Source: Eledone cirrhosa (Eukaryota). From it: 64,000 nucleotides of DNA. A program made the position numbers and the translations under genes. Under the pieces are notes generated by a model. The model was not told where the DNA came from. It saw nothing but the letters and a program-made list of their open reading frames with translations, and did not search any database. The stretch's first letter is position 1; every line of letters starts with the position of its first letter. The stretch is taken from contig OZ024741.1 of the NCBI GenBank assembly GCA_964016885.1, positions 24,490,001-24,554,000 of the forward strand, in the 5' to 3' direction. Positions 30,001-43,034 of the stretch are shown in pieces.

Positions 30001-33000
30001 AATCCAGTACATATATAGTAAAAGACCGTGCTTCAGACATGACCAAACCCTAATCCAGTACATATATAGTAAAAACTGTGCTTCAGCTGTCACCTAACAC
30101 TAATCCAGTACATATATAGTAAAAGACTGTGTTTCAGCTGTCACCTAACCCTAATCCAGTACATATATAGTAAAAGACTGTGTTTCAGCTGTCACCTAAC
30201 CCTAATCCAGTACATATATAGTAAAAGACTGTGCTTCAGCTGTCACCTAACCCTAATCCAGTACATATATAGTAAAAGAGTCTGCTTCAGCTTTCACCTA
30301 ACCCTTATCCTGTACATATATAGTAAAAGACTGTGCTTCATCCCTGACCTAACCCTAATCCAGTACATATATAGTAAAAGACCATGTTTCAGCTGTGACC
30401 TAACCCTAATCCAGTACATATATAGTAAAAGACTGTGCTTAAGCCATGACCTAACCCTAATCCAGTAAATATATAGTAAAAGACTGTGCTTCAGCCATGA
30501 CCTAACCCTAATCCAGTACATATATAGTAAAAGACCGTGCTTCAGACATGACCTAACCCTAATCCAGTACATATATAGTAAAAACTGTGCTTCAGCTGTC
30601 ACCTAACACTAATCCAGTACATATATAGTAAAAGACTGTGTTTCAGCTGTCACCTAACCCTAATCCAGTACATATATAGTAAAAGACCGTGCTTCAGCCA
30701 TGACCTAACCCTAATCCAGTACATATATAGTAAAAGACCGTGCTTCAGCCATGACGTAACTTTAATCCAATCCATATATAGTAAAAGACTGTGCCTCAGC
30801 TGTGACCTAACCCTAATCCAGTACATATATAGTAAAAGACCGTGCTTCAGCCATGACCTAACCCTAATCCAGTACATATATAGTAAAAGACTGTGCTTCA
30901 GCTGTCACCTAACCCTAATCAAGTACATATATAGTAAAAGACCGTGCCTCAGCTGTCACCTAACCCTAATCCAGTACATATATAGTAAAAGACTGTGCTT
31001 CAGCTGTCACCTAAACCTAATCCAGTACATATATAGTAAAAGGCTGTGCTTCAGCTGTCACCTAACCCTAATCCAGTACATATATAGTAAAAGACTGTGC
31101 TTCAGCCATGACCTAACCCTAATCCAGTACATATATAGTAAAAGACTGTGCTTCAGCTGTCACCTAACCCTAATCCAGTACATATATAGTAAAAGACCGT
31201 GCCTCAGCTGTCACCTAACCCTAATCCAGTACATATATAGTAAAAGACTGTGCTTCAGCCATGACCTAACCCTAATCCAGTACATATATAGTAAAAGACT
31301 GTGCTTCAGCTGTCACCTAACCCTAATCCAGTACATATATAGTAAAAGACTGTGCCTCAGCTGTCACCTAACCCTAATCCAGTACATATATAGTAAAAGA
31401 CTGTGCTTCAGCCATGACGTAACCCTAATCCAGTACATATATAGTAAAAAACTGTGCTTCAGCTGTCACCTAACCCTAATCCAGTACATATATAGTAAAG
31501 GACTGTGCTTCAGCTGTCACCTAACCCTAATCCATTACATATATAGTAAAAGACTGTGCCTCAGCTGTCACCTAACCCTAATCCAGTACATATATAGTAA
31601 AAGACTGTGCTTCAGCTGTCACCTAACCCTAATCCAGTACATATATAGTAAAAGACTGTGCTTCAGCTGTCACCTAACCCTAATCCAGTACATATATAGT
31701 AAAAGACTCTGCTTCAGCCATGACCTAACCCTAATCCAGTACATATATAGTAAAAGACTGTGCCTCAGCTGTCACCTAACCCTAATCCAGTACATATATA
31801 GTAAAAGGCTGTGCTTCAGCTGTCACCTAACCCCAATCCAGTACATATATAGTAAAAGACTGTGCTTCAGCTGACTCCTAACCCTAATCCAGTACATATA
31901 TAGTAAAGGACTGTGCTTCAGCTGACTCCTAACCCTAATCCAGTACATATATAGTAAAAGACTGTGCTTCAGCTGTCACCTAACCCTAATCCAGTACATA
32001 TATAGTAAAAGACTGTGCTTCAGCTGTCACCTAACCCTAATCCAGTACATATATAGTAAAAGACTGTGTTTCAGCTGTCACCTAACCCTAATCCAGTACA
32101 TATATAGTAAAAGACTGTGCTTCAGCTGTCACCTAACCCTAATCCAGTACATATATAGTAAAAGACTGTGCTTCAGCTGACTCCTAACCCTAATCCAGTA
32201 CATATATAGTAAATGACTGTGCTTCAGCTGTCACCTAACTCTAATCCAGTACATATATAGTAAAAGACTGTGCCTCAGTTGTCACCTAACCCTAATCCAG
32301 TACATATATAGTAAAAGACTGTGCTTCAGCTGTCACCTAACCCTAATCCAGTACATATATAGTAAAAGACTGTGTTTCAGCTGTCACGTAACCCTAATCC
32401 AGTACATATATAGTAAAAGACTGTGCTTCAGCTGTCACCTAACCCTAATCCAGTACATATATAGTAAAAGACTGTGTTTCAGCTGTCACCTAACCCTAAT
32501 CCAGTACATATATAGTAAAAGACTGTGCTTCAGCTGTCACCTAACCCTAATCCAGTACATATATAGTAAAAGACTGTGTTTCAGCTGTCACCTAACCCTA
32601 ATCCAGTACATATATAGTAAAAGACTGTGTTTCAGCTGTCACCTAACCCTAATCCAGTACATATATAGTAAAAGACTGTGCTTCATCTGTCACCTAACCC
32701 TAATCCAGTACATATATAGTAAAAGACTGTGTTTCAGCTGTCACCTAACCCTAATCCAGTACATATATAGTAAAAGACTGTGCTTCAGCTGTCACCTAAC
32801 CCTAATCAAGTACATATATAGTATAAGACCGCGCCTCAGCTGTCACCTAACCCTAATCCAGTACATATATAGTAAAAGACTGTGCTTCAGCTGTCACCTA
32901 ACCCTAATCCAGTACATATATAGTAAAAGACTGTGCTTCAGCTGTCACCTAACCCTAATCCAGTACATATATAGTAAAAGACTGTGCTTCAGCCATGACC

Positions 33001-36000
33001 TAACCCTAATCCAGTACATATATAGTAAAAGACTGTGCTTCAGCTGTCACCTAACCCTAATCCAGTACATATATAGTAAAAGACCGTGCCTCAGCTGTCA
33101 CCTAACCCTAATCCAGTACATATATAGTAAAAGACTGTGCTTCAGCCATGACCTAACCCTAATCCAGTACATATATAGTAAAAGACTGTGCTTCAGCTGT
33201 CACCTAACCCTAATCCAGTACATATATAGTAAAAGACTGTGCTTCAGCTGTCACCTAACCCTAATCCAGTACATATATAGTAAAAGACCGTGCTTCAGCC
33301 ACGATCTAACCCTAATCCAGTACATATATAGTAAAAGACTGTGCTTCAGCCATGACCTAACCCTAATCCAGTACATATATAGTAAAAGACTGTGCTTCAG
33401 CTGACTCCTAACCCTAATCCAGTACATATATAGTAAAAGACTGTGCTTCAGCTGTCACCTAACCCTAATCCAGTACATATATAGTAAAAGACTGTGTTTC
33501 AGCTGTCACCTAACCCTAATCCAGTACATATATAGTAAAAGACTGTGCTTCAGCTGTCACCTAACCCTAATCCAGTACATATATAGTAAAAGACTGTGCT
33601 TCAGCTGTCACCTAACTCTAATCCAGTACATATATAGTAAAAGACTGTGCCTCAGCTGTCACCTAACCCTAATCCAGTACATATATAGTAAAACACTGTG
33701 CTTCAGCTGTCACCTAACCCTAATCCAGTACATATATAGTAAAAGAGTGTGCTTCAGCTGACTCCTAACCCTAATCCAGTACATATATAGTAAAAGACTG
33801 TGCTTCAGCTGTCACCTAACTCTAATCCAGTACATATATAGTAAAAGACTGTGCCTCAGCTGTCACCTAACCCTAATCCAGTACATATATAGTAAAAGAC
33901 TGTGCTTCAGCTGTCACCTAACCCTAATCCAGTACATATATAGTAAAAGACTGTGTTTCAGCTGTCACCTAACCCTAATCCAGTACATATATAGTAAAAG
34001 ACTGTGCTTCAGCTGTCACCTAACCCTAATCCAGTACATATATAGTAAAAGACTGTGTTTCAGCTGTCACCTAACCCTAATCCAGTACATATATAGTAAA
34101 AGACTGTGCTTCAGCTGTCACATAACCCTAATCCAGTACATATATAGTAAAAGACTGTGTTTCAGCTGTCACCTAACCCTAATCCAGTACATATATAGTA
34201 AAAGACTGTGTTTCAGCTGTCACCTAACCCTAATCCAGTACATATATAGTAAAAGACTGTGCTGCAGCCATGACCTAACCCTAATCCAGTACATATATAG
34301 TAAAAGACTGTGCTTCAGCTGTCACCTAACCATAATCCAGTACATATATAGTAAAAGACTGAGCTTCAGCTGTGACCTAACCCTAATCCAGTACATATAT
34401 AGTAAAAGACTATGCTTCAGCTGTCACCTAACTCTAATCCCGTATATATATAGTAAAAGACTGTGCTTCAGCTGTCACCTAACCCTAATCCAGTACATAT
34501 ATAGTAAAAGACTGTGCTTCAGCTGTCACCTAACCCTAATCCAGTACATATATAGTAAAAGACTGTGCTTCAGCTGTCACCTAACTCTAATCCAGTACAT
34601 ATATAGTAAAAGACTGTGCCTCAGCTGTCACCTAACCCTAATCCAGTACATATATAGTAAAAGACTGTGCCTCAGCTGTCACCTAACCCTAATCCAGTAC
34701 ATATATAGTAAAAGACTGTGCCTCAGCTGTCACCTAACCCTAATCCAGTACATATATAGTAAAAGACTGTGCTTCAGCTGTCACCTAACCCTAATCCAGT
34801 ACATATATAGTAAAAGACTGTGCTTCAGCTGACTCCTAACCCTAATCCAGTACATATATAGTAAAAGACTGTGCTTCAGCTGTCACCTAACCCTAATCCA
34901 GTACATATATAGTAAAAGACCGTGCCTCAGCTGTCACCTAACCCTAATCCAGTACATATATAGTAAAAGACTGTGCTTCAGCCATGACCTAACCCTAATC
35001 CAGTACATATATAGTAAAAGACTGTGCTTCAGCTGTCACCTAACCCTAATCTAGTACATATATAGTAAAAGACTGTGCTTCAGCCATGACCTAACCCTAA
35101 TCCAGTACATATATAGTAAAAGACTGTGCTTCAGCCATGACCTAACCCTAATCCAGTACATATATAGTAAAAGACTGTGCTTCAGCTGTCACCTAACCCT
35201 AATCCAGTACATATATAGTAAAAGACTGTGCTTCAGCTGTCACCTAACTCTAATCCAGTACATATATAGTAAAAGACTGTGCCTCAGCTGTCACCTAACC
35301 CTAATCCAGTACATATATAGTAAAAGACTGTGCTTCAGCTGTAACCTAACCCTAATCCAGTACATATATAGTAAAAGACTGTGCTTCAGCTGACTCCTAA
35401 CCCTAATCCAGTACATATATAGTAAAAGACTGTGCTTCAGCTGTCACCTAACCCTAATCCAGTACATATATAGTAAAAGACTGTGTTTCAGCTGTCACCT
35501 AACCCTAATCCAGTACATATATAGTAAAAGACTGTGCTTCAGCTGTCACCTAACTCTAATCCAGTACATATATAGTAAAAGACTGTGTTTCAGCTGTTAC
35601 CTAACCCTAATCCAGTACATATATAGTAAAAGACTGTGTTTCAGCTGTCATCTAACCCTAATCCAGTACATATATAGTAAAAGACTGTGCTTCAGCTGTC
35701 ACCTAACCCTAATCCAGTACATATATAGTAAAAGACTGTGCTTCAGCTGTCACCTAACCCTAATCCAGTACATATATAGTAAAAGACTGTGCTTCAGCTG
35801 TCACCTAACCCTAATCCAGTACATATATAGTAAAAGATTGTGCTTCAGCTGTCACCTAACCCTAATCCAGTACATATATAGTAAAAGACTGTGCTTCAGC
35901 TGTCACCTAACCCTAATCCAGTACATATATAGTAAAAGACTGTGTTTCAGCTGTCACCTAACCCTAATCCAGTACATATATAGTAAAAGACTGTGCTTCA

Positions 36001-39000
36001 GCTGTCACCTAACTCTAATCCAGTACATATATAGTAAAAGACTGTGCCTCAGCTGTCACCTAACCCTAATCCAGTACATATATAGTAAAAGACTGTGCTT
36101 CAGCCATGACCTAACCCTAATCCAGTACATATATAGTAAAAGACTGTGCTTCAGCTGTCACCTAACCCTAATCCAGTACATATATAGTAAAAGACTGTGC
36201 TTCAGCTGTCACCTAACCCTAATCCATTACATAAATAGTAAAAGACTGTGCTTCAGCTGTCACCTAACCCTAATCCAGTACATATATAGTAAAAGACTGT
36301 GCTTCAGCTGTCACCTAACCCTAATCCAGTACATATATAGTAAAAGACTGTGCTTCTTCCATGACCTAACCCTAATCCAGTACATATATAGTAAAAGACT
36401 GTGCTTCAGCTGTCACCTAACTCTAATCCAGTACATATATAGTAAAAGACCGTGCTTCAGCCATGACGTAACTTCAATCCAATCCATATATAGTAAAAGA
36501 CTGTGCTTCAGCCATGACCTAACCCTAATCCAGTACATATATAGTAAAAGACTGTGCTTCAGCCATGACGTAACTTTAATCAAATCCATATATAGTAAAA
36601 GACTGTGCTTCAGCTGTCACCTAACTCTATTCCTGTACATATATAGTAAAAGACTGTGCTTCAGCTGTCACCTAACCCTAATCCAGTACATATATAGTAA
36701 AAGACCGTGCTTCAGCCATGACCTAACCCTAATCCAGTACATATATAGTAAAAGACTGTGCTTCAGCCATGACCTAACCCTAATCCAGTACATATATAGT
36801 AAAAGACTGTGCTTCAGCTGTCACCTAACTCTAATGCAGTACATATATAGTAAAAGACCGTGCCTCAGCTGTGACCTAACCCTAATCCAGTACATATATA
36901 GTAAAAGACTGTGCCTCAGCTGTGACCTAACCCTAATCCAGTACATATATAGTAAAAGACCGTGCTTCAGCCACGATCTAACCTTAATCCAGTACATATA
37001 TAGTAAAAGACCATGCCTCAGCTGTGACCTAACCTTAATCCAGTACATATATAGTAAAAGACTGTGCATCAGCTGTGACCTAACCCTTATCCAGTACATA
37101 TATAGTAAAAGACTGTGCTTCAGCTGTGACCTCACCCTAATCCAGTACATATATAGTAAAAGACTGTGCTTCAGTTGTCACCTAACCCTAATCCAGTACA
37201 TATATAGTAAAAGACTGTGCTTCAGCTGTCACCGAACCCTAATCCAGTACATAAATAGTAAAAGACTGTGCTTCAGCTGTCACCTAACCCTAATCCAGTA
37301 CATATATAGTAAAAGACTGTGCTTCAGCTGTCACCTAACCCTAATCCAGTACATATATAGTAAAAGACTGTGCTTCAGCCATGACCTAACCCTAATCCAG
37401 TACATATATAGTAAAAGACTGTGCTTCAGCTGTCACCTAACTCTAATCCAGTACATATATAGTAAAAGACCGTGCTTCAGCCATGACGTAACTTCAATCC
37501 AATCCATATATAGTAAAAGACTGTGCTTCAGCCATGACCTAACCCTAATCCAGTACATATATAGTAAAAGACCGTGCTTCAGCCATGACGTAACTTTAAT
37601 CCAATCCATATATAGTAAAAGACTGTGCCTCAGCTGTCACCTAACTCTAATCCTGTACATATATAGTAAAAGACTGTGCTTCAGCTGTCACCTAACCCTA
37701 ATCCAGTACATATATAGTAAAAGACCGTGCTTCAGCCATGACCTAACCCTAATCCAGTACATATATAGTAAAAGACTGTGCTTTAGCCATGACCTAACCC
37801 TAATCCAGTACATATATAGTAAAAGACTGTGCTTCAGCTGTCACCTAACTCTAATCTAGTACATATATAGTAAAAGACCGTGCCTCAGCTGTGACCTAAC
37901 CCTAATCCAGTACATATATAGTAAAAGACCGTGCTTCAGCCACGATCTAACCTTAATCCAGTACATATATAGTAAAAGACCATGCCTCAGCTGTGACCTA
38001 ACCTTAATCCAGTACATATATAGTAAAAGACTGTGCATCAGCTGTGACCTAACCCTTATCCAGTACATATATAGTAAAAGACTGTGCTTCAGCTGTGACC
38101 TAACCCTAATCCAGTACATATATAGTAAAAGACCGTGCTTCAGCCATGATGTAACCCTAATCCAGTACATATATAGTAAAAGACTGTGCTTCAGCTGTGA
38201 CCTAATCCTAATTCTGTACATATATAGTAAAAGACTGTGCTTCAGCTGTCACCTAACCCTAATCCAGTACATATATAGTAAAAGACCATGCCTCAGCTGT
38301 GACCTAACCTTAATCCAGTACATATATAGTAAAAGACCGTGCTTCAGCCATGACCTAACCCTAATCCAGTACATATATATAAAAGACCATGCTTCAGCCA
38401 TGATCTAATCTTAATCCAGTACATATATAGCAAAAGACTGTGCTTCAGCTGTCACCTAACCCTAATCCAGTACATATATAGTAAAAGACTGTGCTTCAGC
38501 TGTCACCTAACCCTAATCCAGTACATATATAGTAAAAGACTGTGCTTCAGCCATGATCTAACCCTAATCCAGTACATATATAGTAAAAGACTGTGCTTCA
38601 GCTGTCACCTAACCCTAATCCAGTACATATATAGTAAAAGACTGTGCTTCAGCTGTCACCTAACCCTAATCCAATACATATATAGTAAAAGACCGTGCCT
38701 CAGCTGTGACCTAACCCTAATCCAGTACATATATAGTAAAAGACCGTGCCTCAGCTGTCACCTAACCCTAATCCAGTACATATATAGTAAAAGACCGTGC
38801 TTCAGCCATGATCTAACCCTAATCCAGTACATATATAGTAAAAGCCTTTGCCTCAACTGTGACCTAACCCTAATCCAATACATATATAGTAAAAGACCGT
38901 GCTTCAGCTGTCACTTAACCCTAATCCAGTACATATATAGTAAAAGACCGTGCCTCAGCTGTGACCTAACCCTAATCCAGTACATATATAGTAAAAGACC

Positions 39001-39170
39001 GTGCCTCAGCTGTGACCTAATCATAATCCAGTACATATATAGTAAAAGACCGTGCTTCAGCCCTGATCTAACCCTAATCCTGTACATATATAGTAAACGA
39101 CCGTGCCTCAGATGTGACCTAACCCTAACCCTAATCCAGTACATATATAGTAAAAGACTGTGCCTCAGCT
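1..39170 (+). repeat. 51-bp tandem satellite, about 768 monomers, with an embedded telomeric motif; runs off the left edge of the window
   Basis: Consensus TTCAGCTGTCACCTAACCCTAATCCAGTACATATATAGTAAAAGACTGTGC repeats uninterrupted in one orientation and ends at ...TGCCTCAGCTG|TTTCCATGC (~39170). Variant classes TGTCAC/CATGAC/TGTGAC/TGACTC recur. Confidence 0.99.
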
Positions 39171-39237
39171 GTTTCCATGCCATCTTGTTTCCATACAAAG
39201 TGTAACTCGGACTACCTTTTTCAATATGTTTGTAGAT

Positions 39238-39560
39238 ACAGCATGGTTAATGGTTAAAGGGTTCAGTTTGCAATCATTAGGTCCAGAGTTCGATTCTATT
39301 GCAAGTGTCATTTACCATAATTTTGGGCAAGTGTCATTTACCATAATCTTGGGCAAGTGTCATTTACCATAATCTTGGATCGACCCATGGCTTGTGAGTG
39401 TAAGTAGTTAGATGGAAACTGGAAGCACGTCGGATAGACTGTACTTGTAATTCAAAGGGCCAGCTTTGTCATACACCGTCTCACACTGAATCTCCCTGAT
39501 AATAACGTTAGGGTTATGCATGTGTACGAATGCACAGCAATTTACAAGTTAATTTCATAA
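39238..39560 (+). mobile_element. Degenerate tRNA-derived SINE with an internal 27-bp triplication
   Basis: A-box-like TGGTTAATGG and B-box-like GAGTTCGATTC; GCAAGTGTCATTTACCATAAT occurs three times in 39301-39374; body is related to the minus-strand copy at ~52780-52932. Confidence 0.7.
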
Positions 39561-39567
39561 TGTAGCT

Positions 39568-39698
39568 AAAAAAAAAAAGACATATTGGATGTAATGGATC
39601 TCCGTCAGTTTCGATGATGAGTGTTCCAGGTGTTGATCGAACACGTAGTTTTTGTCGTAAGATCCATTACATCCAATATGTCTTCTTTTTTTTTTTTT
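39568..39698. repeat. Short inverted repeat: 25-bp perfect arms plus A/T tracts, 58-bp spacer
   Basis: AAGACATATTGGATGTAATGGATCT (39577-39601) is the reverse complement of 39660-39684. Confidence 0.95.
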
Positions 39699-39894
39699 GA
39701 AGACGGAGAAGCTTCCTCTTTGGTAGGTTGGTAGTTATGATGTATATATGGTTCTGTAACTCATGAGGGAGTCATAAGGGCGCTGTATTGACATATGGGA
39801 TTTCAAGGGCTCCATCTCCTCTCCAGGTCTTAATACAGAGAAAGATAGAAAGAGTGGCAAAATGGAAGTGAGAAAGAGATAGAGAGGAAGATTT

Positions 39895-40027
39895 GACCTC
39901 AGTACTAGACTGGTACTTTTTTTATCGACCTCGAATGGATGAAAGGCAAAGTTGACCTTGGCAGGATTTGAACACAGAGTTGAAGCGAATACCACAAATT
40001 CTAACGACTCTACAAATTCGCTGTCTT
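39895..40027 (-). mobile_element. SINE fragment, same family as 43265-43438
   Basis: Reverse complement contains GGTCAACTTTGCCTTTCATCCATTCGAGGTCGATAAAAAAAGTACCAG, matching the core at ~43345-43395. Confidence 0.8.
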
Positions 40028-40799
40028 GATAGGAATGGTAAATTCAGCGATGTCGAAGCAGTCTTTTATAGTTATCTCCCCTGGTCTCTGATTGCTACCG
40101 TATGTCGCTAAAGTTAACAGCATCTCGCACCTAAATATGTCTCTATATTATCAGAGATCCCAAGGGAATTTCATTCGAATTACAAATCTAAAACAATACA
40201 TTACTGGCTGAATTAAAACTACTTCATCTATTCACATATATCAGTTCGATACAACCTTCAAGTTCTTTCTGTAAGTATTTTATTGTTTTTTTTTACATAG
40301 TTATTGACACATTTGTGGAATTTCACACCAAACGTATGTCTGCCCTTTGTTAGGTCAAATGTCCGGTTTTCTTCCACCTTCTTCTCAATTTTCTTATGTC
40401 TGAAGTTTGTAAGAACTTTATCGTCCCTGAAAAAGATTTTTAAAAATAAACAAAGTGATGTATTTCCATGCTTTGCGAACGTTAGCAACACTAAAAATAC
40501 CCACAATGGTGGTGGGCGTTAATAAGTTTCGTGTTATTGTTTACCTCTGTAGTAACTAAGGGAGTTCAATACATTGCTCCATCCAATTTTAATTTTTTTA
40601 CAATAGTATATCTATCATTAACACAGACTTTCTAAGATATTTTAATATCAAGGCAACATGAGTTTCAGCCGGCCTTCAGGTGTCTTTAGCGAAGTTCTCT
40701 CTGTTGCAAGTATTCAGGTCAGATCTTCGGTCTGAGATTCTCTCACTATCCTTCAAGGCACTCAAACTTGTTGTGGTGTCTGCCTAAACTATTAAGTGC

Positions 40800-40950
40800 T
40801 GTTTGATCTGCTAGAAATAGCAACAAAATTCCTTAAAATCACACCAAACTGTTTTGTATAGTGTAGTCTTAGGTGTACTGTGCCTAGGTAAAATACGTGA
40901 TAGTTACGACAGGAATGCCTTTAATCATAGGACTACTCAGAGCTAAACGA
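40800..40950 (+). repeat. Degenerate dispersed repeat; related copies at ~40990-41050 (+), ~50680-50830 (+) and ~53490-53660 (-)
   Basis: Shared motifs CTGCTAGAAATAGCA..AAAT..C.T.AAATCACACC and GGAATGCCTTT in the same order across copies. Confidence 0.6.
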
Positions 40951-41659
40951 CAATAAAAGTAGTTAGTAGAAGGATTGTTTATGAGATCGTTCTACCTGCA
41001 GTCAAATCTCCCTCATATCACACCATATTATTTTAAGAAAACAGATAAATTGGAGAGTATAAGGACGTATGTAAATAAATAAACCCGACTTTATGTATTG
41101 AATACTTTTTCTCTCGTCATGTACATTTAAATATGAATATCAGTTTTGTCAACTAATTTGAATGAAAATACGGGAAAATGGTAGTAAATGCTGGAAAAAC
41201 ATTGCAGATGTGCTGAAAAGAAATAGCATGAATTACAATTGGTATTTTGAGTAAGTTTATGTATGACCAACTAGAGAATAAATTCCAGCTGTGGAAACTG
41301 AGTCAAGAGAACCGAGAGAGTAAACTTAGCAAAAACTTTTAGCAGTATTAGTTGTAGATGTTATCGCCACTTTAGCAGGGTGGTAGAATCAGTGGTCGTT
41401 AGTTGCCAGTGTGGTAAGTGATAGTATCCTCGTTGGATTATCTTGTTGACATAGACGTGAGGGAAGGTCCCTCGATCTATTTACCATCTATTTACAATAT
41501 TCCTTTCGTCAGGTCGCCAGTTCCAGCAGCATGGAATAAAGTTGTTGTTGAGACACGAGTAACATAATAACGACTTCAACCGCAGTAATTAGAGATGAAA
41601 TGTTTGTTTATTTATATGGTTGAAGTTACAGATAAAAAGAGGTTACAAAAGGGAATGTG

Positions 41660-41900
41660 CCATTGCGCCGTTATGCCGGCGAGGCTAGGGGTGCAATATC
41701 TCACTGTTACATTATGCGTGTTGCTGGCTCGAAGTTTCTGGTACAAGAGAGAGATTATTCAAATCTTCGCGGGGAATTTCTTCCTCAGGGCGCGTATGGA
41801 TACATCCTCTTCTACTGGCGCTGATTGGCTGAACTGAGCCAAATCACGCACAGAGAATGTATGTGAGCCCGCGGAATGTAGGTCACTACATCCTAAAGTT
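41660..41900 (-). promoter_or_regulatory. CpG-enriched non-repeat patch with a CCAAT box; possible Pol II promoter
   Basis: Local cluster of CpGs in an AT-rich background; CTGATTGGCT at 41821-41830 (NF-Y-type CCAAT on the minus strand); TTCGCGGG E2F-like site at ~41766. Direction is inferred. Confidence 0.35.
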
Positions 41901-41904
41901 TTAG

Positions 41905-42725
41905 TTAGTAGGAAAGAAGACAGGATCCTGATCTCATCAAAGAAGTGGTCCTGCTCAATATGTAGAAACTATAGACAATGTAGATCTTGGATACACAAGA
42001 GGTGTAGTGGGGTAGTAGACAGACTTTGTATGTAGCAGATGCACAGGGATGGTTGGTAGTAAGAGCATCAGTGAAATAAACATTTTCCAATTCCAGGAAT
42101 GATCCATAGAAGTGGTTGATAGCTTCTGATACCTAGGTGATCTAATTAGCAGTAGAGGAGTTTGTTCTGAGAGCATAGTAGCTAGAATAGTGACAGAATT
42201 GAACAAGTTCAGGGAGATACTACCTCTATTGATAACATAAGGTTTCTCTCAACAATTGAAAAGTATGACGCTTGTGTGCAATGTGCTATGCAGCATGATT
42301 GTTAAACATGGGCAGTAAATGTAGAGGATATGCGATAGCTGGAGAGAAATGAAGCAAACAGGCTTCAGTGGATATGCAATATTAATATACATGAATGACA
42401 AAGCACAGATGAATTCAGCGAGAAACTAGTTATAAAAGGCATCAGATGTTGTGTGCAAGGGAGAATACTATGTTAGTACGGACATGTGTTGCATATGGAT
42501 GATGATCGATGGGTGAAGAAATGCTATGAAATCCCAGTGGAGAAAAGCCATAGTAGAGGAAGACCAAGGAAGACTTGGGTGGAGGTGGTGAGAGCTGATC
42601 TCTAATCACTGAAGCTTACTGAGATGGTGAAAGAGTGTGATGAGTGGAGAGATGCTGTGTTGAAAAAGACACATTCAACCCATGTAAACATGGAGCAACA
42701 GACATAAAATGAGGATGATGATGAT
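41905..42725 (+). mobile_element. Old RTE-clade LINE 3' fragment with many stops and frameshifts
   Basis: Colinear with 58600-59400 (KWxCSIC.., DSFxYLGD, RRLERNEA, GRPRKTW-type motifs); ends in (GAT)n. Confidence 0.85.
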
Positions 42726-43034
42726 GGTGATTATTTTACTATATTTTCACATTTCTCAATGCTTTTTGTTGTGGCACCAGATTGACCACCTTACAGAGTG
42801 GATGGGGTTCTTTTATTTTGTGACCCTTGCACTATTACCTTATATTCTGGACTTGGTGCTTTTTATTGTGATACCAGCACTACCAATTGATGGAGTGGAT
42901 TGGGTGCATTTTTATCATGGAATTTATGCAAGTATGGGATGGAGGAGGGCGTCATACCATCATGGGGGAAGAACTGTCGGGTCATAGATGTGGCTTTGGG
43001 AGGGAGTTACATACTTGAATTTCTTTTCCACCCT

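Noticed and set aside
1-39170. CRISPR-like or repeat-spacer interpretation of the array
   Set aside because: There are no unique spacers, only point variants of one monomer; no cas genes; eukaryotic context.
315-39198. Long ORFs of up to 673 aa ((FSCHLTLIQYIYSKRLC)n and (MYWIRVRSWLKHSLLLY)n) that superficially resemble Cys/His repeat proteins
   Set aside because: The 51-bp monomer is 17 codons and lacks stops in some frames. ORF ends follow monomer variants and indels, and the spacing does not fit a zinc finger.
42709-42987. Hydrophobic 92-aa ORF duplicated at 45177-45425, resembling a membrane protein
   Set aside because: It starts in a LINE (GAT)n tail and reads through degenerate repeat sequence; the identity is explained by the inverted duplication.
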